From assembly GCF_004010195.1 (NCBI RefSeq), contig NC_057718.1, positions 4,165,775 to 4,229,774 on the forward strand: 64,000 nt of DNA, written 5' to 3'. Position 1 is the stretch's first letter. Every line of letters begins with the position of its first letter. A program made the position numbers and the translations under genes. A model generated the notes under the pieces. It saw only the letters and a list, made by a program, of their open reading frames with translations, did not search any database and had not been told where the DNA came from. Below are positions 1 through 12,560 of the stretch, piece after piece. The DNA is from Chiloscyllium plagiosum. Taxonomy: Eukaryota.

Positions 1-211
1 GATGTTAGGGGGTGGGTTCTTTACCCAGAGAGTGGTGGGGGCATGGAATGCGCTGCCTGTGGGAGTGGTAGAATCAGAATCTTTGGTGACCTTTAAGCGG
101 CAATTGGATAGGTACATGGATGGGTGCTTAAGCTAGGACAAATGTTCGGCACAACATCGTGGGCTGAAGGGCCTGTTCTGTGCTGTATTGTTCTATGTTC
201 TATGTTCTATG
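1..211 (+). mobile_element. CR1 LINE 3' end with (TTCTATG)n tail
   Basis: FFTQRVVGAWNALP-type CR1 ORF2 C-terminus followed by a short tandem-repeat tail at about 190-211. Confidence 0.85.
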
Positions 212-819
212 AATTTACATTAACAAAACGCAGGTTAGAGCAGAACGACTTGTACATCTGTCATCTAACATCAGACGGAATCATTGATGTCCTTTTATCT
301 GGATATCCTGATGAAATCCTTGACTCTGTTGCCTCTTGGCTCTGAACAGCAGATGCTTGTCATGATGAAATGTAACCCTCTTTTTCTTTCAAAATGCCCA
401 GTGTCCAGACTGCTACCTTGATCTTGCTCTGCACTTCATGACTCTTCCGTGTCCCCAGTGGATATTCTGTAGGACTTCCCTTTACAGTGACTTTGGCACA
501 ACCATTCTTTCATTTCAAATCAACACATGTTCCACTCCTGGTCAAATGCTGTTTCTGTTTAGGGTACCTTTCCATAACTTGGCTTGCTCAACTATATGTT
601 ATTGATCAGTGTTGTCTAATGTCAATCCATTTCTTGCTGTAAAGAATACCTTGATTTCTTTTATAAATTGATGGTTCAGAATCTGTTGTGACTCTCTTTG
701 ATCAGTACCAGGGAACATTTTGTTCTTCATCTTCATTTTAGAGTCACAAAGATGTACAACATGGAACAGACTCTTTGGTCTAACTGGCCCATGCCTATTC
801 CCATTTGCATGAATTTGGC

Positions 820-1690
820 CCATATCCCTACCAGAAATTGCAGCAGGACCTTGATCAGCTGGGGAAGTGGACTGAAAAATAGTAGATGCAGTTTAATATA
901 GGTAAGTGTGAGGTCTTGCATTTTGGAAAGTCAAATCAAAGGAGGAATTTCATGGTAAATTATAGGGCCTTAAGGAGTTTAGTGGAACAGAGGGACCTTA
1001 GAGTTCAGGTGCATGGTTCTGTGAAAGTGGAGTCACTGGTAGACAGGCAGTGAAGAAGGCTGTTGGCACACTGGCCTTCATCAGTCAGGGCAGTGAGTAT
1101 AGAAGTTGGGAAGTTATGTTGCAGTTGTGCAGGATGTTAGTTAGGCTGCACTTGATATATTTTGTTCAGTTTAGGTCACTGTGCCTTAGGAAGGATGTTA
1201 TTAAACTAGAAAGAGTGCAAAACAAATTTACAAGGATGTTGCCAGGACTCAAGGGTCTGAGTTAGAGGGAGAGGTTGGACAAGCGAGGACTTTTTCCTTC
1301 AGAGTGGAGGAAACTGACGGGGGAGTGGGATATTACAGGAGTGTATTAGTTGATGAGAGGCATGGATAGAGTTAATGCACTCAGTCTTTGTTTCCCAGGG
1401 TTGGGGAATCAAGGAGTAGAGGGCATCAGTTTAAGGTAAGAGGGGCAAGAATAAATGGGAACCTGAAGGGCATTTTTTTTACACAGAGGCTGGTATGCAT
1501 GTGGAATGAACTGCTAATGGGAATGATTAAGGCAGGTACATTAACATCATTTCAAAGGCATTTGGACAAATACATGCATAGGACAGGTTTCGAAGTATAA
1601 GGGCCTAGTGCAAGGAAATGGGGTTAGCAGGGATGGATATTTTAGGCCAAAGGACCTTTCTCCATGCTATAAGACTCAATGACTCTATGA
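820..1690 (+). mobile_element. Degenerate CR1 LINE RT / 3' fragment
   Basis: ORFs 1050-1265 (LERVQNKFTRMLPGL) and 1388-1600 (FFTQRLVCMWNEL) are typical CR1 ORF2 motifs. Confidence 0.85.
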
Positions 1691-2234
1691 TTCCTCATGG
1701 AACTGATGTGGGGCTTGATAACTGTTCAGTGTATCAGAGAAGATTGCCTGTTCCAACAGTACGTCCTTGAGATCATATGCTTCTTTAGAAATGGTGCTTC
1801 TTCTCTCCTAAGAGTGCAGGCATGTAAAAAACATTTATATTTTGCAGACTTCAGACCAAAACTTGGAGAAAGTTCACCAAAGAAACTGTTGAGAAGGTGT
1901 TTGCAGTTTTAATAAACATTACTGCAACACGTGAAATACTGCCTGAAGCAGTGGGCAGAGAATGATCATCAGTCAGCATGTCATAAAGCAAGCGATGTTT
2001 GTGATTCTAACGGGGGCCAGAACCTGGCTGCTCAGAACTCTGGGAATCACGGGGCTCGAGTTTGAGCTCCCTTCCCCAGTGAGGTACAACACCATCATGG
2101 GCCTTCTACAGGGAAAAAATATAAATGGTGCTGTCTTGTGTACGCGTCTGTAAAGAGTGATCACACAACCACCAATCACTGGTGGCCACCACTCACCATT
2201 TCTGACAGCTTAAACATGTCATTTCCTTACACAG

Positions 2235-2354
2235 AAATCAACCAACTTTGGAAGACGAAACTTGTTTGGTTCATTCTGGGAGCTCTGTTTGGAAATACAG
2301 AAGTGATTTTATTGATTGGACACACATGTCTGAGAAAAAAGCAGTCCACTACGT
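2235..2354 (+). CDS. Gene A transmembrane exon (EINQLWKTKLVWFILGALFGNTEVILLIGHTCLRKKQSTT)
   Basis: ttccttacacAG acceptor, GTGAGT donor, 120 nt, phase 1-1; hydrophobic segment followed by basic RKK; paralogous to 48674-48793. Confidence 0.85.
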
Positions 2355-3109
2355 GTGAGTCAATCATTTACTTGGTCTTGATTATTGTAGATGGTTCTGT
2401 TTGACTCATTCATAACCAATACGTAATATTCCCTCAGAGAGCTGTTAACAGCCTTTCACATTGCTGTTGGTGTGGAGTCACATATAGAACAGACCAGTTA
2501 AGGATTGCAGTAAGGGCATTGTGAACCAGATGGGTGTTTACAGCAATCAAAGATAGTGTCATCATCACTGTCACTGAGACTAGGATTTAATTCCAGAACT
2601 TGTTTAACAATAGGTTGAACTGAATTTTGACCAGGTGCTCTGGCTGGATTTGAAAACCATTAGAGTTATGAGATACAGTTAAAGTCACCATAATCCCATT
2701 GGGCTGTTCTCCCATTAAAGAGAGATGACTGGGAGGGTCAGCACACCTCAGACAAGGGGACAGGTTGAGAAGGAGAGTCCTTCATGGTAACCTCAGCTGC
2801 TGGTAACCTCAGAAACCAGCCATCCTGCCACCTGAGCTAACCAGCTCCCAGTAATAAACTAGTGATAGAGATGATACAGTAATGTTGACATTAGCAGCTG
2901 GATTCTAGATTCTGGAGAATGGAGAAGCTGTCATCATGTCACCATAGTCTTACCAGACCAAAGAGGCTGCTCTCTTCTTAGATAGAGAGAAACGACTGGT
3001 GAAGATTTAGCCTGAGGGCCACCAGACTTCAGGGAGTATTCTGTGCCAGAGAGAAATGTCCTAACTCCCAGTTGAATGATCTGGTGAATTTTACAGAAAC
3101 CTCCCAGTG

Positions 3110-3480
3110 TTTGGATACTGAATGGCCTGGATAGAGTGGATGTTGGGAAGATGTTTCCATTGGCAGAAGAGATAAGGACCTGAGGGCACAGCCTTCGAGT
3201 AAAAGGAAGACCCTTTAGAACGGAGATAAGGAGAAACCTCTTTAACCAGAGAATGGGGAATCTGTGGAATTCATTGCCACAGAAGGCTGTGGAGGCCAGG
3301 TCATTGAGTATATTTAAAACAGAGAGACATAACATTCTTGACTGCCAAGGAGATCAAAGGTTAGGGAGAGAAAGCGAGAAAATGGAGTTAAAAAACTTAT
3401 CAGCCATGATTGAACGGAGGAGCAGATTCAATGGCTGAAAGGCCTAATTTCTCCTCCCATGTCTTATAGTCTCTTATGAT
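3110..3480 (+). mobile_element. CR1 LINE 3' fragment
   Basis: LWNSLPQKAVEARSLSIFKTE motif. Confidence 0.8.
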
Positions 3481-3768
3481 CTTACGGTTTCTGATGGAAA
3501 GGAAGCCATCTGAACATTAACCAGGCCATAAGTTAACAATGGCATATCGAAATCAGATCTAAAGATGGACCTAAATCTGAAACCAACTCCCAAGGGCTCT
3601 GGATTCCTGTACAACAGTAACATTCCACTCTACCCCCTCTGCCCAATTAAAACAGGAAAGACCAGAATAAAGTATTCAGCAAGCCGAGAATGGAGAGATT
3701 GTTGGTGGCAGATCAATGTGGTGAAAGTGACTGGAACTGATGACAGTGTTTGATCATTGCTTTCACAG

Positions 3769-3833
3769 CACAATCTGGAGCAGCTGATGATCCGAACACA
3801 ACTGCAGGCTACGAAAATGTGAGAACACTGCAG
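3769..3833 (+). CDS. Gene A cytoplasmic exon 1 (SQSGAADDPNTTAGYENVRTLQ)
   Basis: tttcacAG ... CAG/GTGAGT, 65 nt, phase 1 to 0, in frame with the TM exon; paralog at 49698-49762. Confidence 0.85.
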
Positions 3834-3989
3834 GTGAGTTCAGGTGGTTTTTGAGGATGTTGGATTCTGTCATGGGAAGGCTCGATCTGATGGGACTTGT
3901 CTGACCGTGTGTTTGAGTCTATTGTCACTGAGCGTCGGATTTCAGTGTTAGAGTGGGAGATGTGACACACACCATTTCCAAATTTTAGA

Positions 3990-4790
3990 GTGACCGTAAG
4001 ACCAGAAGATATAGGAGTAGAATTAGGCCATTCGACTCATCCAGTCTGCTCTACTATTCGATCAGAGCTGAGATACCTCTCAATCCCATTCTCCTGTCTT
4101 CTCCCTGTAACCCTTGAATCCCTCAGTAAGCAAGAACCTATCTATCTCTCTTTGGTGACTCTATTAGATTATCTCTCTTAAAATAAAATCAATCTTAAAC
4201 ACACTTGGTGGCATGGCCTTCACAATCCTCTGTGGCAATGAGTTCCACAGATGCACCACCCTCTGGATGAAGAAATTCCTTTAGAAATCCAAAGGGTTGC
4301 CCCTTCACCCTAAGGTTATGTCCTTGGGTCTGAGCACCTCCATTAGGAAAACATCTTCTCCATGTCCCCTCTATCCAGGCCTCTCTGCATTCTGTAAGTT
4401 TCAATCAGATTCCCTCTCATCCTTCTAAACTCCATCGAGTACAGACCCAGAGTCCTCATCTGCTCCAAAGGTGACACGCCCTTCATCCCTGAGATCATTC
4501 TGGTAAACCTCTTCCATACACTATCCAATGCCAGCTCAGTTCTTCGATATGGAGCCCAAAACTGTTCAGGATATTCCAAAAGCAGTCTGACCAGAGCCTC
4601 ATACAGACTCAGCATTACACCTCTATCTGCTGTTCTGTTCCAGGCCTCTTGAAATCAATACTAACATTGCATTTGCCTTCCTAACCACCAACTGAACCTG
4701 CATGGTCACCTTAAGTGAATCCTCAACTCAGACTCCCAAATTCCTTTCTGCTTCAAATTTTTAAATACTTTCTCTGTTTAGAAAATAGCC
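3990..4790 (-). mobile_element. CR1 LINE 3' fragment
   Basis: Minus-strand ORF 4343-4615 LYEALVRLLLEYPEQFWAP...RRMRGNLIETY; related copy at about 50020-50720. Confidence 0.8.
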
Positions 4791-5509
4791 TACACCGGCA
4801 AGAGAACAGGATGGAGGGTTTATGAAGAACATAAGGAACAGGAACAGGAGAAGGCCGTTCGGCCCCTCAAAACTGCTCAGTGATTCATGGCTGACCACTG
4901 CGTCTTTGGTGAAGGGGCAAGTGTTATTTGAGAACACTCTCATTTTCGAGGAATGGCACCCCCTCTGGGAGGAACAGGGAGCAATGGAGACTTCCATTTC
5001 ACCTCCTGCCCCTCCACATCATTCTTATTATCCACATAGATCGCTGGGAATGGATATCCAGGATTCCATAAGCCGAGGGCCACAATGGGCACTGTGTACA
5101 CCTTTCCAATCTAATCTTTCACATCCTCAGCTCATGAAAGGTGACCTTATACCTTCATGGCTCGAGCCTGTGGCTGGGAGCATGAAACCTGCTCTGAGAC
5201 AATTCTTCGTCCCCTCAGCTGATTGAGATTTGATGCACATTCCTGAACTTTATTTTTATAGCTGTATGATTCCTTCTACCATAGTCCTTGTGATTGGGTC
5301 ACATTATTATCAATTTGGGGAATATCCTTCACTTTCGGTTTATCTGCATGTACAGTTATAAATCTGCTTGGCTCTGACTTTATTGCTGTTCCGGGTTTAA
5401 GTACAGTGTGTAGCTGACTGAAGAAACAACTAAAGATGGTGCATCATCCCAGGGAACTCGGGAACCAACAGTAACAATGTGTTAAACACTACTTTACATT
5501 TCATTCTAG

Positions 5510-5551
5510 AACACAGGAGAATTTTAAGAAGATTCCAATGCTGTGTACTTG
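5510..5551 (+). pseudogene. Gene A cytoplasmic exon 2 with in-frame stop (NTGEF*EDSNAVYL)
   Basis: ttcattctAG ... GTGAGA, 42 nt, phase 0-0; TAA at 5525-5527 where the paralog (51769-51810) has CCA. Confidence 0.8.
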
Positions 5552-5646
5552 GTGAGAATTTAAAATATGAAAAAAATTATGAACATATTTACATTGTGCA
5601 TCTGTTACTAGGTCCCAGTTTGTAATATTTCTCTGTTTTCTGATAG

Positions 5647-5689
5647 ACGTTACAGCCAGTGGATCAGTCTGTTTACAGCGACCTGACAG
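5647..5689 (+). CDS. Gene A cytoplasmic exon 3 (TLQPVDQSVYSDLT), second half of the ITAM
   Basis: ttttctgatAG acceptor, G/GTATGT donor; paralog at 51913-51955. Confidence 0.75.
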
Positions 5690-5795
5690 GTATGTTGCTG
5701 GAACACTAACAAGGGCTCAGGAGAAGCTTGTGGATCAGTTACATTCAGTATCAATGAGGAAAGGTGTGGGAAAGTTTCACTGAAACGAACAGCAA

Positions 5796-8114
5796 TTTTT
5801 TCTTTATTTCAAAAATATACTTTATTCATAAAATATTTTGATGATCTGTACAATTGGTGGTGGCATACATATGTAAACATTCCATTTCTTTGCATACAGA
5901 GATCAGAATTTATCATTTGTATATACAGGTCTGTACATTTACTATCCATATGTTCAGCTGAGGCGTCAGTGGAGCCCACTTACTGCGTGGGCCCCCTGTT
6001 CTTTAGCAGGCAGATGTTACAAGGTGGTCTTTCCCACCACGCCCTGGCGGCCGCTGCCCCAAGCTTCAGCGCGTCCCTCAACACATAGTCCTGGACCTTG
6101 GAATGTGCCAGTCCGCAACACTCAGTCGGGGTCAACTCCTTCAACTGGAAGTTCAACAGGTTTCGGACAGACCAAAGAACGTCTTTGACCGATTTGATGA
6201 TCCTCCAGGCACAGTTGATGTTCGTCTTAGTGTGTGTCCCGGGGAACAGGCCATAGAGCACAGAGTCCCACATCATGGAGCTCTCAGGACGAACCTCAAC
6301 AAACACCACTGCATTACTCTCCAGACTTCCTTTGTGTAGGCACATTCCAGAAGGAGATGTGTGACAGTCTCGTCCCCTCCACAGCCGCTTCAAGGGCAGC
6401 GTGCGGTGCGGCAGAGAGTCCGGGCGTGCATAAAGGATCTCACAGGCAGAGCCCTTCTCACCACCAGCCAAGCCATGTCTTGGTGCTTGTTGGAAAGTTC
6501 TGGCGATGTGGCATTCTGCCAAATGACTTTGACAGTCAGCTCAGGGAACCGCTCAATTGGATCTGCCCTCTCCTTTTCCCGAAGGGTCTCAAGGACACTA
6601 CGTGCTGACCACTTCCTGATGGACTTGTGGTCAAAGGTGTTTTTCTTCATAAACTTCTCCACGAAGGACAGGTGATATGGAACAGCCCAACTACTTGGAG
6701 CGTTCCACGGCAGCGAGGCCAGGCCCATCCTTCGCAACACCGGGGACAGGTAGAACCTCAGTACGTAGTGACACTTGGTGTCTACATACCGGGGATCCAC
6801 GCACAGCTTGATGCAGCCACAAAAAGGTGGCCATCAGGGTGAGGGTGGCATTGGGTATATTTTTTCGCCCGTTGCCCAGAGCTTTGTACAGTGAGTCCCT
6901 TCGGACCCTGGCCATCTTTGATCTCCATTAAAAATGGAAGATTGCCCAGGTGACTGCAGTGGCACAGGTTCTGGGAATAGGCCGGACCTGTGCCACGTAT
7001 AATAGCAATGACAGTGCCTCACACCTGATGACCAGGTTTTTACCCGCGATGGAGAGCAACCGTAGCTTCCATCTACCCAGTTTCTGCCTCACTTTCTTGA
7101 TACGCTCCTCCCAAGACCCGACGCACGCCCCAGCCCCTCTGAACCAAATTCCCAGCACCTTCAGGTGGTCGGTCCTGACGGTGAAGGGGATCGAGGATTG
7201 GTCGGCCCAGTTCCAGAAGAGCATGGCCTTGCTCTTGCCTCGGTTGACCTAGGCCCCCGAGGCCCGTTCGAACTGGTCACATATGCACATGAGTCTGCGC
7301 ACGGACAGCGGATCCGAGCAGAAAACGGCGACATCATCCATGTACAGGGAGAACTTAACCTGCAGACCCCCCCTGCCAGGAATAGTCACCCCTCTCAGGC
7401 TCGCATCCTTCCTGATGGACTCGGCAAATGGCTCTATGCAGCACACAAACAAGGCAGGAGAGAGAGGGCAGCCCTGTCTGACTCCGGATCTGACTGGGAA
7501 GCTATCTGATTCCCACCCATTGATTGAGACTGCACTGACAATGTTGGTGTAAAGCAGTCTGATCCAATTGCAGATTCCCTCCCCAAAGCACATTTTGGAG
7601 AGAACATCTCTCATATACGTATGTGATATCCTGTCAAAGGCTTTCTCCTGGTCCAGGCTGATGAGGCTGATGAGGCTGGTGTCCAGCCCCCTGTCCTGCA
7701 CGTAGGCAATCGTATCCCTGAGGAGTGCGAGACTCTCAGAAATCTCCCTTCACAGGTTTGGTCAGGATGAATCACCGACCCCAGAGCAGACCTGACCCAG
7801 GTGGCGATGACCTTTGTCAAGATTTTGTAATCCGCATTTAATAGTGAGATTTGTCTCCAATTTCTGATTTCCTCCTTCTCCCCCTTCCGCTTGTAGATGA
7901 GGGTGATGATGTGTTTCCTCATGGATTCACTCATGGTACCTGCCTGAAGCATACTGAAGTACACCTCCAGCAGGTCCTGGCCAATCAAGTCTCACAGAGC
8001 AAAATAGAGCTCGACCGGTAAGCTGTCACTTCCGGGAGTTTTATTCTTTTCGAAGGACTCGAGGGCCTTGGTCAGCTCATCCAGAGATAGCGGCTGGTCC
8101 AGCCTCTCACGTGT
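5796..8114 (-). mobile_element. Tx1-type (L1 clade) LINE, 5'-truncated ORF2 RT with 3' UTR
   Basis: LDQEKAFDRISH, SGVRQGCPLSP, YMDD and WLVVRRALPVR motifs; T-rich tail at 5796; absent from the paralogous site near 52060. Confidence 0.9.
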
Positions 8115-8589
8115 TAAAGCAGCAGAGAGCAGTCAGTCCCATGTGGTGGAAGGGCATCATTCAAGCTGTGTGTCAGTGTGTGGGAATGCACCTTTAAGAT
8201 ATTGTTAACACACTCATCAACATAAACATCAAACATTTGCACCATCCGTGGGTGCAGCAATCACACATAGCAATATTGGTGACTGTCCTACAGGTTGAGG
8301 TATCCTCTCGATAACGGTGTAAAACTGTCAGAGCTCTAATTTGTGTGAGCTGTGTGACTGGGCAACAGGAACCATTCAGTGGGACCTCCCCTTGACTATT
8401 AGCCCCTAGGGCAGCTTGGAGTCAGTCTCATCTCTCACCCTCATCTCTCAACTTTTACAAGAATATGTCGAGGAGTTCCAGTGCATAGGCCAGCCCAATA
8501 GAAAGAAACTGTTTTCTCCTGCAGAAGAAGCAAGAATGATGTGAACCACTTTCAAATGAGAGTGAGACCATTCTGGATTGATGGCTCCA

Positions 8590-10235
8590 AGACCAGTCCC
8601 TGGGATCAGGAGTGACCACACTGACCAGTCCTTGTGACTGGGAGTGTCCTCACTGACCAGTTCCTGCATCGGGAGTGATTGCACTGACCAGTCCCTGTGA
8701 GTGGGAGTGACTGTACTGACCAATCCATGTGACTGGGAGTGACCACACTGACAAATCCCTATAACTGGGAATAACTGCACTGACCAGTCCCTGTGACTGG
8801 AAAGTGACCGTACAGACCAATCCATGTGACCGGGAGTGACCACAGTGACCAGTCCCTGAGATTGAAAGTGACTGCACTGACCTGTCTCTGCAACTGGGGA
8901 TGACTATACTGATCAGCCCCTGTGACCAGGAGTGGCCGCACTGACCAGTCCCTATGACCAGGAGTGACTGCACTGACTGTCCCTGCAACTGGGAGTGACC
9001 GTACTGACCAGTCCCTCAGATTGGGAGTGACTGCACTGACCAATCCCTGTGACTGGAAGTGACCGCAATGACCAGTCTCAGCAACTGGGAGTGACCGTAC
9101 TGACCAGCCTCTGTGACCGGGAGTATCTGCACTGACCATCCCTGTGACCAGGATTGACCACACTGACCAATCCCTGTGACTGGCAGTGGCCGCACTGACC
9201 AGTCCCGGTGACCAGGAGTGTCCGCACTGACCATCCCTGTGACCAGGAGTGTCCGCACTGACCATCCCTGTGACCAGGACTGAACACACTGACCAATCCC
9301 TGTGACTGGCAGTGGCCGTACTGACCAGACCCTGCGACCAGGAGTGGCCGCACTGACCAGTCCCGGTGACCAGGAGTGTCCGCACTGACCATCCCTGTGA
9401 CCAGGACTGACCACACTGACCAATCCCTGTGACTGGCAGTGACCGTACTGACCAGACCCTGTGACCAGGAGTGACCGCACTGACCAATCCCTGTGACTGG
9501 GAGTGGCTGTACTGACCAGTCCCTGCGACCAGGAGCGGCTGCACTGACCAGTCCCAGTGACCAGGAGTGACCGCACTGACCAGTTTCTGTGACCAGGAGT
9601 ATCCGCACTGACCATCCCTGTGACCAGGACTGACCACACTGACCAATCCCTGTAACTGGCAGTGACCGTACTGACCAGTCCCAGTGACCAGGAGTGGATG
9701 CACTGACCAGTCCCGGTGACCAGGAGTGACCGTACTGACCAGTCTCTGTGACTGGGAGTATCCGCACTGACCATCCCTGTGAGCAGGAGTGACCGAAATG
9801 ACTAGTCCCTGTGACAGGGTGTGACTACATTAACCAGTCCCTGTGACCAGGAGTGACTGTACTGACCAGTCTCTGTGGTTGGGAGTGACTGCACTGACCA
9901 ATCCCTGCAACCGGGAGTGACTGTACTGTCTAGTCCATGTGATCAGAAGTGACTGTATTAATCAGTCCCTGCAATCAGGAGTTTCCATACTGACAGGTCT
10001 CTGCGATTGGGAGTGAGCAAACTGAGCAGTCCCTGTGACCAGGAATGACTGCACTGACCACTCCCTGTGATCGGGAGTGACTGCACTGACCATTCCCTGT
10101 GACCAGAAGTGACTGCACTGACCACTCCCTGTGAGTGGGAGTGACCATACTCACCAGTTCTTGTGACTGGGAGTGACCATACTGACCGCTCCCTGTGATT
10201 GGGAGTGACTACACTGACCAGCCCCAGTGACCATA
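8590..10235. repeat. Minisatellite, 31-32 bp unit (GGAGTGACCGCACTGACCAGTCCCTGTGACCA), about 50 copies
   Basis: Tandem unit read directly; produces the long repetitive minus-strand ORFs. Confidence 0.95.
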
Positions 10236-10383
10236 GGAACACATTAAAGCTCACGACAGCGAATGATGCTGAACTCGTGGAGCAGCTCAGTCAATCCTGA
10301 GACCTCAGACATTCACTGAAAATGTTTTTTATTGTCACTTTTCACAACATTGATGTTTAATTTTACAGAAACAGACAAGAAAT

Positions 10384-10695
10384 TTGTGGGCGGCACGGTG
10401 GCACAGTGGTTAGCACTGCTGCCTCACAGCGCCAGAGACCCCGGTTCAATTCCCGCCTCAGGTGACTGACTGTGTGGAGTTTGCACGTTCTCCCCGTGTC
10501 TGCGTGGGTTTCCTCCGGGTGCTCCGGTTTCCTCCCACAGTCCAAAGATGTGCAGGGCCGGGTGAATTGGCCACGCTAAATTGCCCGTAGTGTTAGGTAA
10601 GGGGTAAATGTAGGGGGATGGGTGGGTTTCGCTTCGGCGGGTGTGGACGTGTTGGGCCGAAGGGCCTGTTTCCACACTGTAATCTAATCTAATCT
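10384..10695 (+). mobile_element. HE1-type tRNA-derived SINE inserted in the predicted stop codon of gene A's terminal exon
   Basis: A box TGGCACAGTGG, B box GGTTCAATTCC, (TAATC)n tail, AAAT duplicated on both sides; empty site at 52583-52600. Confidence 0.9.
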
Positions 10696-11479
10696 AAATA
10701 AACCGCTGACAGATGAACTGCTGAACAAATCCTTCCTGAGGGATGAAGACGCCCAATGGACATTTTGATCAAGAAAGATCATTGGACCAAACAAGTCTTT
10801 TCTCCATCTTTTTTCCCAATCCTCTCTCCTGTTCCAGAAACTGTTCTGATTCACTGCTGCCCCCAGTTTCTCTGTTCACATCAGCACCTCTCATTGATTA
10901 CTGAATTGGTTCCACAACTGAATCCATCTTTGAGTAGTTTTCATTGATTCTTTCTTGGAATGTGGGTCTCATTGGCAAGGCCAGCATTTGTTCCTAATCC
11001 CTAACTGCCCTTGAGCTGATTGATTCTTGGGGCCATTTCAGGCGGAAGTTGAGTCAGATATATTACTGTGGGTCTGGAGTCACGTGTAGGCCAGATTAAG
11101 GATGGCACATTTCCATCCCAAAAGGGCGTTAGGGACCTAGGTGGGATTTTACAATCCTCAGTGATAGTTTCATGGTCACCATCTCTGAGACCAGCTTTAT
11201 ACTTAACTTTACGAACTGAATTTGATTTCCATCAGCTGCCAGAGCAGATTTGAACCAAGTTCCCAGATCATTAACCGGTGTTCCTCGATTATTCATCCAG
11301 TGACAAGTCTGCCTGACCACTATCTCAGAATGAACATTACCCAGTGGGGTTCAGACCGACTTTAATCGTTCCCACTTCACCGTCTTCTGTTCCTCTTCAT
11401 TTTTCATCAATTTCCTTTGAGACCCGCCTTCACCATCGTAAGAAGTTTAATTTGATCAAACTGAATTCTTCTGCCTTGC

Positions 11480-12560
11480 TTCCACACAGCCCCTCCTCTC
11501 ATTCCCTGCCTGCTCCCTCATTCACTGACCCTACCCCACTTACTGACCCCTCCCTCACTCACCTACCTTCCCTCACTCACAGTTCCTTCCTGCTCACTGC
11601 CCCCTCCCTCACTCACCTACCCTCCCTCACTCACAGCCCCTTCCCTCTCACTGCCCCCTCTCTCACTTGCCCACACCTCTCAACTCACTGNNNNNNNNNN
11701 NNNNNNNNNNNNNNNNNNNNNNNNNNNNNNNNNNNNNNNNNNNNNNNNNNNNNNNNNNNNNNNNNNNNNNNNNNNNNNNNNNNNNNNNNNNNNNNNNNNN
11801 NNNNNNNNNNNNNNNNNNNNNNNNNNNNNNNNNNNNNNNNNNNNNNNNNNNNNNNNNNNNNNNNNNNNNNNNNNNNNNNNNNNNNNNNNNNNNNNNNNNN
11901 NNNNNNNNNNNNNNNNNNNNNNNNNNNNNNNNNNNNNNNNNNNNNNNNNNNNNNNNNNNNNNNNNNNNNNNNNNNNNNNNNNNNNNNNNNNNNNNNNNNN
12001 NNNNNNNNNNNNNNNNNNNNNNNNNNNNNNNNNNNNNNNNNNNNNNNNNNNNNNNNNNNNNNNNNNNNNNNNNNNNNNNNNNNNNNNNNNNNNNNNNNNN
12101 NNNNNNNNNNNNNNNNNNNNNNNNNNNNNNNNNNNNNNNNNNNNNNNNNNNNNNNNNNNNNNNNNNNNNNNNNNNNNNNNNNNNNNNNNNNNNNNNNNNN
12201 NNNNNNNNNNNNNNNNNNNNNNNNNNNNNNNNNNNNNNNNNNNNNNNNNNNNNNNNNNNNNNNNNNNNNNNNNNNNNNNNNNNNNNNNNNNNNNNNNNNN
12301 NNNNNNNNNNNNNNNNNNNNNNNNNNNNNNNNNNNNNNNNNNNNNNNNNNNNNNNNNNNNNNNCGTCACTCACTCCCACAGTTCCCTCATTCACTGCCCT
12401 CTCGCTCACTCTGTCCCTGCCCCTCATTCACTGTCTTACCCCTCCTTCCTTACTCACTCATATCCCTCCCTACTCAGTGCACTTTCACCCATTCCCTGAC
12501 CCCTCTCTCACTCCCTCACCTACTCCCTGATGCCCCCTCACTGCCCCTCCTCCTCCCTCA
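11480..12560. repeat. CT-rich low-complexity repeat spanning assembly gap 11691-12363
   Basis: CTCACTCAC / CCCTCCCT units; paralog at 53340-54030 also contains a gap (53551-53760). Confidence 0.85.

Noticed and set aside
4822-5226. 134-aa ORF with a paralog at 50851-51168
   Set aside because: Intronic, begins in a repeat tail, indels shift the frame between copies, and no domain or splice signals are evident.
8448-10254. Long minus-strand ORFs (up to 314 aa) and a CRISPR-like periodicity
   Set aside because: Translations of a 32-bp minisatellite with no unique spacers, in a vertebrate context.
10384-10460. tRNA gene
   Set aside because: The A/B boxes belong to the tRNA-derived head of an HE1 SINE present in many copies.
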